30,886 nucleotides of DNA. Source: a virus. Taxonomy: Duplodnaviria > Caudoviricetes. The first letter of the stretch is position 1. Every line of letters begins with the position of its first letter. The position numbers were made by a program, and so were the translations under genes. The notes beneath the pieces were generated by a model. It did no database searches. It was not told the origin of the DNA and was given only the letters and a program-made list of their open reading frames with translations. Positions 7,215 to 15,994 of the stretch are shown here, piece by piece. The stretch lies in IMG/VR virus record IMGVR_UViG_3300016643_000098, positions 1 through 30,886 of that record; one strand, given 5' to 3'.

Positions 7215-7278
7215 GCAAGCCGTAGCCATCGCTTACAACGTGAAGCGAGAGGCAAGTAAACCCAAGGGCAAGAAATGA
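7135..7278 (+). CDS. 47-aa Lys-rich basic protein (not in ORF track)
   Basis: AAGGA RBS; MPLTKSPTKKAFEKNIKAEVKAGKPVKQAVAIAYNVKREASKPKGKK*; ATGA overlap with terS. Confidence 0.8.
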   Translation: MPLTKSPTKKAFEKNIKAEVKAGKPVKQAVAIAYNVKREASKPKGKK

Positions 7279-7733
7279 AAGGCAGACCAACAAAGTATCG
7301 GCCTGAGTTTGCCGATAAGATGGTGGAGTTTTTCAGCCAGCCGCCCATCAGAGAAGTAACTACGGTAGACGCGAAAGGCAACGAAACCACGCAAGTGCTG
7401 CCAGGCCATTTCCCAACGCTAGCAAGGTTTGCAACCAACATCGGGGTGACCAAAGACACCTTACACGATTGGGCAACTGCTAAACATATTGAAACAGGCG
7501 AGCTAAAACATCCTGACTTTTCATCTGCCTACAAAAAAGCCAAGGATTTGCAAGAGGCAAACCTGGTGGAAGGCACGATTGCAGGGGCATACAACAGCAC
7601 GTTTGCGATCTTTACCGCCAAGAATGTTTTGGGCTGGCGCGACAAGGTCGAGCAAGAAATCACGGGCAAAGACGGTGGCCCGCTGCAGGCCATTCAAGTG
7701 ACATTTGTGGCACCGGATGGATCAGCAAGTTGA
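7275..7733 (+). CDS. terS: Terminase small subunit
   Basis: GRPTKY N-terminus and AIFTAKN.LGWRDKVEQEITGKDGGPL C-terminus; directly before terL. Confidence 0.85.
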   Translation: MKGRPTKYRPEFADKMVEFFSQPPIREVTTVDAKGNETTQVLPGHFPTLARFATNIGVTKDTLHDWATAKHIETGELKHPDFSSAYKKAKDLQEANLVEGTIAGAYNSTFAIFTAKNVLGWRDKVEQEITGKDGGPLQAIQVTFVAPDGSAS

Positions 7734-8988
7734 CATAGCCAAGGCAGAGTTTCCAGCCAAACTGCAAGGGCTATTTAAGAAGTCACGCTACAAGGTCTTG
7801 TATGGAGGCCGCGGCGGTGCAAAAAGTTGGGGCATTGCACGAGCACTGCTGATTATGGGTGCAAGAAAGCCCATGCGGATACTGTGTGCGCGGGAGTACC
7901 AAACCAGCATCAAGGATTCCGTGCATAAGCTGTTGTGCGATCAGATCGAAGCCTTGGGACTCCTGCAGTTTTACGAGATCACGCAAGCAAGCCTTCGAGG
8001 CGCAAACGGCACAGAGTTTGCGTTCATTGGATTGAAGAACAATCCAGCCAACATCAAATCGTTCGAGGGCGTGGATGTGTGTTGGGTTGAGGAAGCGCAG
8101 ACGGTCAGCCGCTTGTCTTGGAACATTTTGATTCCAACGATTCGCAAGGAAGGATCAGAAATTTGGGTGAGCTTCAATCCGGAGCTTGAGACCGACGAGA
8201 CTTACCAGCGGTTTGTAGTCAAGCCGCCAAGGGATTGCATCAGCATCAAGATCAACTATTGGGATAACCCGTGGTTTCCTGAAACGCTGCGCCTCGAAAT
8301 GGAAGCGTTAAAGGTTCGAGACCATCAGTCTTATCAACAAGTGTGGGAAGGTATCTGTCGGCAAACGGTGGATGGTGCCATCTTTGCCAATGAGCTGGCC
8401 AAAGCAGAGATGGAAGACCGAATTGGTAAGGTGCCTTATGACCCAACTAAGCCTGTGCATGCGGTGTGTGACCTTGGGTGGGCTGATGCGACCGCCTGGT
8501 GGTTTTTGCAGTTTATCGGCATGGAAACCAGGTTAATTCGATACTTTGAAGACACACAGCGCACGATGACAAGCTACCTGGCGCAGCTGCAGACCTACGG
8601 TTATGTGTATGACACGATATGGCTGCCGCATGATGCACAGAACAAAACCCTAGCGGCTGCAGGCCGATCTATAGAGGATATTGTGCGATCTAGCGGCTAC
8701 AAAACACGGATATTGGAGCGGGTGCCGGTTGTAGACTCGATTAACGCAGCACGCACGATATTCCCGAACTGTTACTTTGACCGAGAACATTGTGCGGATG
8801 GGCTTAATTGCTTGCGGCACTATCGGTACGAAGTTGATCCGGACACAGGGCAATTCAGCAAAACGCCGCTCCACGATCATTATTCACACGGCGCAGATGC
8901 ATTTCGGTATATTGCACTTATGATTCGGGAACCGCAGCGCATGCGTAAGAAAACCATGGTGACGCACGCTGGCAGCTGGATGAGTTAA
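7717..8988 (+). CDS. terL: Terminase large subunit (PBSX/XtmB family)
   Basis: YGGRGGAKS Walker A, WVEEAQ Walker B, SFNP, and nuclease motifs CDLGWAD and SHGADAFRY. Confidence 0.95.
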   Translation: MDQQVDIAKAEFPAKLQGLFKKSRYKVLYGGRGGAKSWGIARALLIMGARKPMRILCAREYQTSIKDSVHKLLCDQIEALGLLQFYEITQASLRGANGTEFAFIGLKNNPANIKSFEGVDVCWVEEAQTVSRLSWNILIPTIRKEGSEIWVSFNPELETDETYQRFVVKPPRDCISIKINYWDNPWFPETLRLEMEALKVRDHQSYQQVWEGICRQTVDGAIFANELAKAEMEDRIGKVPYDPTKPVHAVCDLGWADATAWWFLQFIGMETRLIRYFEDTQRTMTSYLAQLQTYGYVYDTIWLPHDAQNKTLAAAGRSIEDIVRSSGYKTRILERVPVVDSINAARTIFPNCYFDREHCADGLNCLRHYRYEVDPDTGQFSKTPLHDHYSHGADAFRYIALMIREPQRMRKKTMVTHAGSWMS

Positions 8989-8997
8989 GGACACGTT

Positions 8998-11148
8998 ATG
9001 GCACTGCAAGACATCGATTACGATTCACGCATCGGCGAGGCGATCAAGTTTTTGCGCCTGGTGGGAGAAGCCGACAGCCAAAACCGCGCTGAAGCCTTGG
9101 GCGATCTGAAGTTTGCAGCCGGTGACCAGTGGCCGGTGGAAATCCAAAACAGCCGCAACCTGGAATCACGGCCATGCCTTACGATCAACAAGATTGACGC
9201 TTATGTGCGCCAGGTGACGAATCAACAGCGCCAGCAGCGCCCGCGGATTAAGGTGCATCCGGTCAACAATGAAGGCGATCTAAAGATTGCCCAAGTGATT
9301 GAGGGCATCACCAGGCATATCGAGGTCAACAGCAACGCCGATACAGCCTATGACACAGCGTTCGAGTACGCAGTCAAAATGGGTTGGGGCTATTGGCGGG
9401 TCAATACCAATTACGTGAGCGAAGACAGTTTCGATCAAGAAATCTACATCGACGCGGTGGACGATCCGTTTTCGGTTTACTTTGATCCTAATTCTGTCAA
9501 TCCTGATGGTTCCGATGCCGAGCGGTGTTTGATTACCAGTGTGATGTCGAAGCGCGAGTTTCGGCAGCAATATCCAGGCGCAGACGATGGCGCAAACTTC
9601 AGTGCGCGAGCCACTGGCGACAGTGATGCGGAGTGGGTTACCAAAGAGGACATTCGACTTGCCGAGTATTGGTATGTCGAGCGGGAAAAAGCCACCTTAG
9701 TATTGCTGTCTGACGGCACCAAGGTTTACGAGGACGAGCTGCCGTCACCGGAGCTGCTGGACGCAGACAACATCACGATCATGGAAACGCGTTCATCGTA
9801 TCGGCGTAAGGTCAAGTGGTGCAAGCTGACCGCCATGGAGGTGCTTGAGGAACGCGAATGGCCAGGTAAGTTTATTCCGATCATTCCCTGCTATGGGGCA
9901 CAGGTGGTGGTCGAGGGCAAGCGCAAAAAGTATGGTTTGGTGAGATTTGCCAAAGACCCGCAGCGGATGTACAACTTTTGGCGCACGAGCATGACCGAAT
10001 CAATTGCTTTGGCACCCAAGCCAAAGTGGTTGATTGCTGAAGGCCAAGATGAGGGCCATGAATCCGAATGGGCGTTGGCTAACATTAAATCCACGCCAAT
10101 TCTGCGTTACAAGCAAAAAGACATTGAAGGGGTTCCAGCGCCGGTGCCGTCACGCATTCAACCTGAGCCGCCGCCTGACGGCATCATGGTGGCAGCGAGC
10201 GCGATTGCCGATGACTTAAAGACCGTGCTTGGCATTTTTGATCCAGCGCAAGCGCTGCCTGGCAACATGTCGGGCAAAGCCTTACAAGGCCAGCAGCAGC
10301 AAGTGGATCTGTCGAACTTTCACTTTTACGACAACATGACGCGCAGCATCAAGCAAACGGGCAAGATCATTTTGGATTTGATACCCAAAATCTACGACAC
10401 GACACGCGTGCTGCGAATCATCGGGGTTGATGGCAAACCGGACTTGGTGACCATCAACGAAATGCAAGCCACCGGTGAAGTGATGAATAACGTGACAGTG
10501 GGTTTGTATGATGTGGTCATGGAAACAGGGCCAGGGTACAACAGCAAACGCCAGCAAGCGGTGGATATGATGATGCCGCTGATGACTGAGCCACAAGTGT
10601 TCCAGGCAGCGGGCGATTTGTTGTTCCGCAACATGGATTTTCCTGGTGCTGATGTCATTGCAGATCGATTGGCTGCCATGAATCCCTTGTCGCAGATCGA
10701 CGATCAATCCGATGTGCCGCCGCAAGTGCAAATGCAGTTGTTACAAGCCCAAAAAACGATTGCAGACATGGAACAAAAGATGATTGCCATGCAGCTAGAG
10801 ATCAACAACCGTGGCCAAGTAGCGCAGATTAAGGAAGATGGCCAAAGCAAACGCAAGCTGATGGACGTTGTAAGCCGTGCTTACAATACGGACACGATCA
10901 ACGAGGCACGCGTCAATCAAAGCGCATTGAAGGCTGTGACCGATCAAAACCGCATGGAGCTGGATGCGATGGTGCGCCTGGTGCTCAAGGGCTTGCCAGC
11001 CGAAGCACTGCAAGCGGAAATGGCCAGGCGCGATGCAGAGCAACAGCAAGTGGTGCAATTTGCAGAGCAAGAAGTCAATCAAACGCAAAATCCTTTTATT
11101 TCCATGGGGCAAGCGTTGATGGCACCACAAGCGCCGCCGATGCAGTAA
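8998..11148 (+). CDS. P22-like portal protein
   Basis: 716 aa after terL; GDQWP, RPCLTINKI, AKDPQRMYN and SGKAL motifs; Gln-rich coiled-coil C-terminal barrel. Confidence 0.92.
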   Translation: MALQDIDYDSRIGEAIKFLRLVGEADSQNRAEALGDLKFAAGDQWPVEIQNSRNLESRPCLTINKIDAYVRQVTNQQRQQRPRIKVHPVNNEGDLKIAQVIEGITRHIEVNSNADTAYDTAFEYAVKMGWGYWRVNTNYVSEDSFDQEIYIDAVDDPFSVYFDPNSVNPDGSDAERCLITSVMSKREFRQQYPGADDGANFSARATGDSDAEWVTKEDIRLAEYWYVEREKATLVLLSDGTKVYEDELPSPELLDADNITIMETRSSYRRKVKWCKLTAMEVLEEREWPGKFIPIIPCYGAQVVVEGKRKKYGLVRFAKDPQRMYNFWRTSMTESIALAPKPKWLIAEGQDEGHESEWALANIKSTPILRYKQKDIEGVPAPVPSRIQPEPPPDGIMVAASAIADDLKTVLGIFDPAQALPGNMSGKALQGQQQQVDLSNFHFYDNMTRSIKQTGKIILDLIPKIYDTTRVLRIIGVDGKPDLVTINEMQATGEVMNNVTVGLYDVVMETGPGYNSKRQQAVDMMMPLMTEPQVFQAAGDLLFRNMDFPGADVIADRLAAMNPLSQIDDQSDVPPQVQMQLLQAQKTIADMEQKMIAMQLEINNRGQVAQIKEDGQSKRKLMDVVSRAYNTDTINEARVNQSALKAVTDQNRMELDAMVRLVLKGLPAEALQAEMARRDAEQQQVVQFAEQEVNQTQNPFISMGQALMAPQAPPMQ

Positions 11149-11177
11149 TTGACATGCAACAGATGAAAGCTGACAAT
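11149..11177 (+). promoter_or_regulatory. Sigma70-type promoter for the scaffold-coat operon
   Basis: TTGACA (11149-11154), 17-bp spacer, GACAAT (11172-11177). Confidence 0.65.
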
Positions 11178-11220
11178 TCGCCTACCAATGGGTTCATTGG
11201 GTCAATTCATAGGAACACCT

Positions 11221-12087
11221 ATGCTGGAAACGACAGATCGCGTTGCTAGTAACTTAGTGACGAGTGACACATTAGCTGAATTTACAGCCCAAAAATTGGG
11301 TTTAGTTGAGGCTGCGCCCGTGGCAGAAGATGTTTCTGAGCCGGAACCGCAAGTCGAAGTGGCAGACGAAGTAGAGGTTAAAAAACCAAATCCGAAGTTG
11401 GAGCGGCGGTTTTCTGATCTTACCAAGCAACGCGAACAAGCCAGGGCAGAAGCGCAACGGGAACGCGAAGCACGAGAAGCATTAGAAAACAGGCTGAAAG
11501 AACTCGAATCAAAGATCAACCCACCACCGCAAGACACGCTTCAAGAGCCGCAGCCGGAGCAGTTTTCGGACATGTATGAGTACGCTAAAGCCTTAGCGGA
11601 ATACACAGCCGATAAACGCCTGGATGAGCGGGACAAGGAAGAGAAGGCACGCAAGGCCGCAGCTGAACAGGAAGTGAAGTTTAAAACCTGGGCAGACCGC
11701 GTGAACGCAGCCAAAAATGAGCTTCCAAACTTTGAAGACATGGTGCAATCCAGCGATGTGCGCGTGAGTGATCCAGTTCGAGATGCCATCATTGAGTCGG
11801 AGCACGGGCCGAAGATTTTGTATTACTTAGCGGAAAACGATGAGTTTGCAAGAAAACTGGCAGACATGTCGGTGGTATCTGCGGTGCGTGAAATTGGGAA
11901 AATTGAGGCGCGATTTGAGCGAGCCAAACCTGAACCTAAGTCTGTGAATGTATCAAAAGCACCAGCGCCGATTTCGCCTATTCGTGGTGCTGTGAACACG
12001 GTTGATGCCAATGTAGACGCAAACGGTGTGTTTCATGGCACGTATCAGCAGTGGAAAGCAGCACGCCAGGCCAAGCGCATTCGCTGA
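11221..12087 (+). CDS. Capsid scaffolding protein
   Basis: Acidic coiled-coil protein between portal and coat, with KAPAPISPI near the C-terminus. AGGA RBS supports ATG 11221. Confidence 0.85.
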   Translation: MLETTDRVASNLVTSDTLAEFTAQKLGLVEAAPVAEDVSEPEPQVEVADEVEVKKPNPKLERRFSDLTKQREQARAEAQREREAREALENRLKELESKINPPPQDTLQEPQPEQFSDMYEYAKALAEYTADKRLDERDKEEKARKAAAEQEVKFKTWADRVNAAKNELPNFEDMVQSSDVRVSDPVRDAIIESEHGPKILYYLAENDEFARKLADMSVVSAVREIGKIEARFERAKPEPKSVNVSKAPAPISPIRGAVNTVDANVDANGVFHGTYQQWKAARQAKRIR

Positions 12088-12111
12088 ACATCCATTTTTA
12101 AGGACTAGGAC

Positions 12112-13356
12112 ATGTCAAATACACTATTAACCATCAGCAAGATCACTAATGAAGCGCTGATGGTCTTGGAAAACGAACTGACGTTTACGTCAGAGGTCAA
12201 CCGCGAGTACGACGATCAATTTGCTGTCGTAGGCGCGAAAATTGGTAATACATTGAACGTTCGCCGCCCTGGCCGATTTATCGGTACGACAGGGCCAGCG
12301 TTGAATGTGGAAGATTTGAACGAAACCAGCGTACCGGTGACGTTATCCACACAGTTTCACGTGGATACGCAGTTCACCACGCAAGATCTAGCCTTGTCGC
12401 TTGACATGTTTAGTGACCGCGTGCTCAAGCCTGCTGTGGCTGCCATTGCCAACAAGATCGACTTTGATGGCTTGACCATGGCCAAAAATGCCACGGCCAA
12501 CATTGTTGGAACAGCTGGCACACCGCCCACTGGTTTGATTACTTACTTGACCGCACAAGCCTATCTTGATGCTGAAGGTGCGCCACGAGATGGCCGCAGA
12601 TCCTGTATTGTCGAGCCGTTTACCAGTGCAACGATTGTGGATGCGCTGAAAGGTTTGTTTAACCCCACAGCACAAATCAGTGCTCAGTACACCAAGGGTT
12701 TGATGGGCCGCGACAGTTCAGGCATGAACTGGAAGATGGATCAAAACGTGGTGAATCAGACGTTTGGTTCGTATTCCGACACGCTAGCCACCAACACCGC
12801 AACCTTTACGGGTTCGCTGACCACCGGTTGGGCATCGACTTCGACGATCACGCTGGTGTCGAGCGCGGGTACGGCAGCGCTGAAGCAAGGCGATGTGATT
12901 CAGATTGATGGTGTATATGCTGTCAACCCACAGAATCGTGCAGCCTACGGTTCCGGCAAACTGCGTAACTTTGTGGTGACTGCAAACGTTACGGTGGCAA
13001 GCGGTGGCGGTACATCGGTGACGGTGTCACCGGCAATCATCACTGGCGGGCAGTTCCAAAACGTCACGGTGACAACGACTAGCGCCACGGCAGTGGTCAC
13101 GCCGTTTAACAAGACTGGCAAGGTTAGCCCGCAAAACATTGTGATGCACCGCAATGCGTTTACGTTGGCCACTGCGGATCTGGAGCTGCCGGATGGCGTG
13201 CATTTTGCGGGTCGCGCATCGGACAAGGAACTTGGTTTATCGATTCGCGTGGTGCGTCAGTACACCATCAACAACGACAGCATTCCAACGCGTCTTGATG
13301 TGCTTTACGGTTGGGCACCGCTTTATCAAGAGCTGGCTTGCCGTGTTGCAGCTTAA
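12112..13356 (+). CDS. Major capsid protein, P22 coat (gene 5) family
   Basis: KIGNTLNVRRP, RVLKPAVAAIAN.ID, HRNAFTLA and RLDVLYG motifs. Confidence 0.95.
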   Translation: MSNTLLTISKITNEALMVLENELTFTSEVNREYDDQFAVVGAKIGNTLNVRRPGRFIGTTGPALNVEDLNETSVPVTLSTQFHVDTQFTTQDLALSLDMFSDRVLKPAVAAIANKIDFDGLTMAKNATANIVGTAGTPPTGLITYLTAQAYLDAEGAPRDGRRSCIVEPFTSATIVDALKGLFNPTAQISAQYTKGLMGRDSSGMNWKMDQNVVNQTFGSYSDTLATNTATFTGSLTTGWASTSTITLVSSAGTAALKQGDVIQIDGVYAVNPQNRAAYGSGKLRNFVVTANVTVASGGGTSVTVSPAIITGGQFQNVTVTTTSATAVVTPFNKTGKVSPQNIVMHRNAFTLATADLELPDGVHFAGRASDKELGLSIRVVRQYTINNDSIPTRLDVLYGWAPLYQELACRVAA

Positions 13357-13373
13357 TTTAAGGGGATAGACAA

Positions 13374-13796
13374 ATGAGCAATCCAGGCCCAGCAGTAACA
13401 AGCACCAATCATCCGACAAACCTGGCTTCCAACCAGGCGCTGCGGGTGATTGCCAGCGCACAAAGCGTGAACCTTAACGCTGTTGCAGATACCGTGGCGC
13501 AGATTTTTGCCGCGGGTAATGTGAGCGTGCAAAGCATCATTGTGACGAATGCAAGCATCAATTTGACCACAGCGCAGTTAGCTGTGTACACCGGTGCTGG
13601 CGCAACAGGAACGGCAGTCAAGACCGCTTATGCTTTGTCAGGTAACACCAGTTCAACGGTGGTGGTGGTCACAGCAGCAACGTCTACGGCGTTGATTACG
13701 GGTGACCAGCTGTACATTCGATGCACCACCGCGCAAGGTGCAGCCGCCACCGCGGATGTGTTTATCTACGGTTATGATCTGTCATTCTTGTTGTAA
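13374..13796 (+). CDS. Putative capsid decoration/cement protein
   Basis: Ala/Thr/Val-rich, 140 aa, between the coat gene and a terminator. Confidence 0.6.
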   Translation: MSNPGPAVTSTNHPTNLASNQALRVIASAQSVNLNAVADTVAQIFAAGNVSVQSIIVTNASINLTTAQLAVYTGAGATGTAVKTAYALSGNTSSTVVVVTAATSTALITGDQLYIRCTTAQGAAATADVFIYGYDLSFLL

Positions 13797-13818
13797 GAGA
13801 CCATGACTTGAGCGAAAG

Positions 13819-13847
13819 AGCCGCCTCCACAAGAGGTGGCTTTTTTT
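13819..13847 (+). terminator. Intrinsic terminator after the capsid genes
   Basis: AGCCGCCTC-cacaa-GAGGTGGCT followed by a T run. Confidence 0.85.
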
Positions 13848-13868
13848 CATCAAAACAAGGAAGAATCG

Positions 13869-14201
13869 ATGTCAACAGTCAATGCTTTTACCCCAAGGGG
13901 ATCAACGGTTTTAGTCAGCACTTCGTCGGTACAAGTGTTGACCGATGACAATGTCAATGCCATTTCATATCGGGTACGAAACATCCTGAACACGCCCGCA
14001 TATTTTGCGTGGGCTGCAGCTGATCCAACGGGCGCAGCCGTGACAGTGGGATCGACCACCGCACCGAGCGCCGGAACGCCAGCCTATAACGTCATTGGTA
14101 TGTTTGCCGAATCGGTGGAAGTGTTTACGCTGCCGCCCAAAGTGTGGATGAAAGCGGGCACAGCTAATGCTTTTGAAGTGACACCAGGCGAAGGCCTATG
14201 A
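13869..14201 (+). CDS. Putative virion structural protein
   Basis: AAGGA RBS supports ATG 13869; ends EVTPGEGL. Confidence 0.7.
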   Translation: MSTVNAFTPRGSTVLVSTSSVQVLTDDNVNAISYRVRNILNTPAYFAWAAADPTGAAVTVGSTTAPSAGTPAYNVIGMFAESVEVFTLPPKVWMKAGTANAFEVTPGEGL

Positions 14202-14332
14202 TCCGAGGATTGGGCATCCGCGCTTATCGGTTTGTGTGTACGCTAGGCATCGCCCATGTATTTGGCATTCTTTTGCAAGAAAACGGCGATGATTTGTTGC
14301 AAGAAGACGGTAGCAAAATTGTATTGGAGTAG
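14198..14332 (+). CDS. 44-aa protein with LLQExG repeats (not in ORF track)
   Basis: ATGA overlap; MIRGLGIRAYRFVCTLGIAHVFGILLQENGDDLLQEDGSKIVLE*. Confidence 0.7.
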   Translation: MIRGLGIRAYRFVCTLGIAHVFGILLQENGDDLLQEDGSKIVLE

Positions 14333-14336
14333 ATAA

Positions 14337-15050
14337 ATGGCTGTTTATTTGTCGCCATTTGGCGGCGTAGGAGCACAGTTTTTTGACAATACAGGCAATC
14401 CGTTAGCGGGCGGAAAAATTTATTCGTACGCAGCCGGAACCAACACGCCGCAAGCAACATATACGACCTATCTTGGTAACGTAGCGCACAGCAATCCGAT
14501 CATTTTAGACGCTGCGGGACGGACACCAGCGGGTGGAGAAATTTGGCTTGATGTCACGCAAGTCTATAAATTTGTGCTGCAGACTAGTGCCAATGTGTTG
14601 ATTGGCACGTTTGATAATATTTCAGGGCCAGGGGCGCTAGTATTTGATGTTAATAACTTTACAGGCAACGGCAGTCAATTAGTATTTATTTTGACAGCTG
14701 CGCCATATTCGGAAGACATCACGTTTATTTATATCAACGGCGTATATCAAAACAAAAATACGTACAGCATAAGTGGTACAAACATTACATTTAGTCAAGC
14801 ACCGCCAATAAGTGCAACTATTGAAGTGATGTACATACCTAGCGTGCAAAATGTTGGGTTAAATAATTTTACTGGTGATGGAACAACGGTGGCATATACG
14901 TTGACTACAGCGCCATTTAGCGAAAATTCCACATTTGTATTCATCAACGGTGTGTATCAACAAAAAAATACGTATACGGTAGTAGGAACAATACTTACTT
15001 TTTCCACAGCACCTCCAGCAACGTCCAGTATTGAAGTGGTATATACGTAA
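14337..15050 (+). CDS. Tail fibre/tailspike adaptor with two tandem beta domains
   Basis: N-terminal QFFDNTGNPLAGGKIYSYAAGT...NPIILDAAGR head-binding-like domain, then a duplicated C-terminal domain. Confidence 0.75.
   Translation: MAVYLSPFGGVGAQFFDNTGNPLAGGKIYSYAAGTNTPQATYTTYLGNVAHSNPIILDAAGRTPAGGEIWLDVTQVYKFVLQTSANVLIGTFDNISGPGALVFDVNNFTGNGSQLVFILTAAPYSEDITFIYINGVYQNKNTYSISGTNITFSQAPPISATIEVMYIPSVQNVGLNNFTGDGTTVAYTLTTAPFSENSTFVFINGVYQQKNTYTVVGTILTFSTAPPATSSIEVVYT
14649..15044 (+). repeat. Tandem 62-aa domain duplication (14649-14834 and 14859-15044)
   Basis: NNFTGxG...AP...INGVYQxKNTY...TFSxAPP...IEVxY occurs twice, 210 nt apart. Confidence 0.9.
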
Positions 15051-15058
15051 AGGAAAGA

Positions 15059-15979
15059 ATGATGGCCGATTTAAAAATTTCACAATTGCCCGCTGCAACA
15101 ACGCCGGTTGCTGGCACGGAAGTATTGCCAATCGTACAGAGTAGTGCGACAAAACAAGTATCTATCGCCAATTTAACAGCAGGCAGAGCGGTATCGGCAG
15201 CCAGTTTATCGTTAACCGGATCAGCGTTACCAGCGACCAGCGGAGGAACAGGTTCGGCAACAGCGTTTACTGCCAATGGAGTCGCGTACGCTTCATCAAC
15301 AAGCGCCATGACAACAGGAGCAAACTTAAGTTTTGACGGAACCAATCTGCAGGCTGCGGGCACTATGACAGGCGCGGGATTGGTATCTTCAGTCAATGGC
15401 ACACAATTAACTTTACAAAGACTTGGCCCGTCTGCTCAAAATTATATAGCTTGTGGTGGTTCTGGAGAATTGGTATTTACAAATTCGTCTGCAAACGCTT
15501 TTACGCTTTATAACACGTTTGCATTTTTCCCTACAGCGGCGACAACTGCGTCTGCTGCTAACGCATTTATTAACAATGGTTCTGCGGGATATGTTAATCA
15601 AATACTCAGATCAACATCGTCTATAAAATTCAAACAAAATGTAGAAGATTTGCAAGTAGAATTTTCAAAAAAAATATTTGAGTTGCGGCCTATTTGGTAT
15701 CGCTCTACTGCTGAAGCAGATCGCAAAGATTGGTCTTGGTATGGACTAGTGGCCGAAGAGGTGGCGGCGATTGAACCACGATTGGTGCATTGGACATACG
15801 AAGATACGCAATACGAATACACAAAAGATGAAAGCACAAATTGCACGTTGCGAACCTTGAAAGCAGGCGCAACGCCCGTACCCGATGGCGTGCAATATGA
15901 AAGACTTAGCGTTTTGTTGTTAAAAGAATTGCAAGCGTTGCGGCAAGAATTTGATGCATACGTTGCAGCGCATCCATAA
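15059..15979 (+). CDS. Tail fibre with C-terminal intramolecular chaperone (peptidase S74)
   Basis: SSIKFKQNV...LRPIWY...YGLVAEEV...VQYERLSVLLLKELQ followed by a coiled coil. Confidence 0.85.
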   Translation: MMADLKISQLPAATTPVAGTEVLPIVQSSATKQVSIANLTAGRAVSAASLSLTGSALPATSGGTGSATAFTANGVAYASSTSAMTTGANLSFDGTNLQAAGTMTGAGLVSSVNGTQLTLQRLGPSAQNYIACGGSGELVFTNSSANAFTLYNTFAFFPTAATTASAANAFINNGSAGYVNQILRSTSSIKFKQNVEDLQVEFSKKIFELRPIWYRSTAEADRKDWSWYGLVAEEVAAIEPRLVHWTYEDTQYEYTKDESTNCTLRTLKAGATPVPDGVQYERLSVLLLKELQALRQEFDAYVAAHP

Positions 15980-15994
15980 AGTGAAGGTATAAAC

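Noticed and set aside
14649-15044. Diversity-generating retroelement template/variable repeat pair
   Set aside because: Both copies are in frame in one gene, differences are not confined to adenines, and no reverse transcriptase is present.
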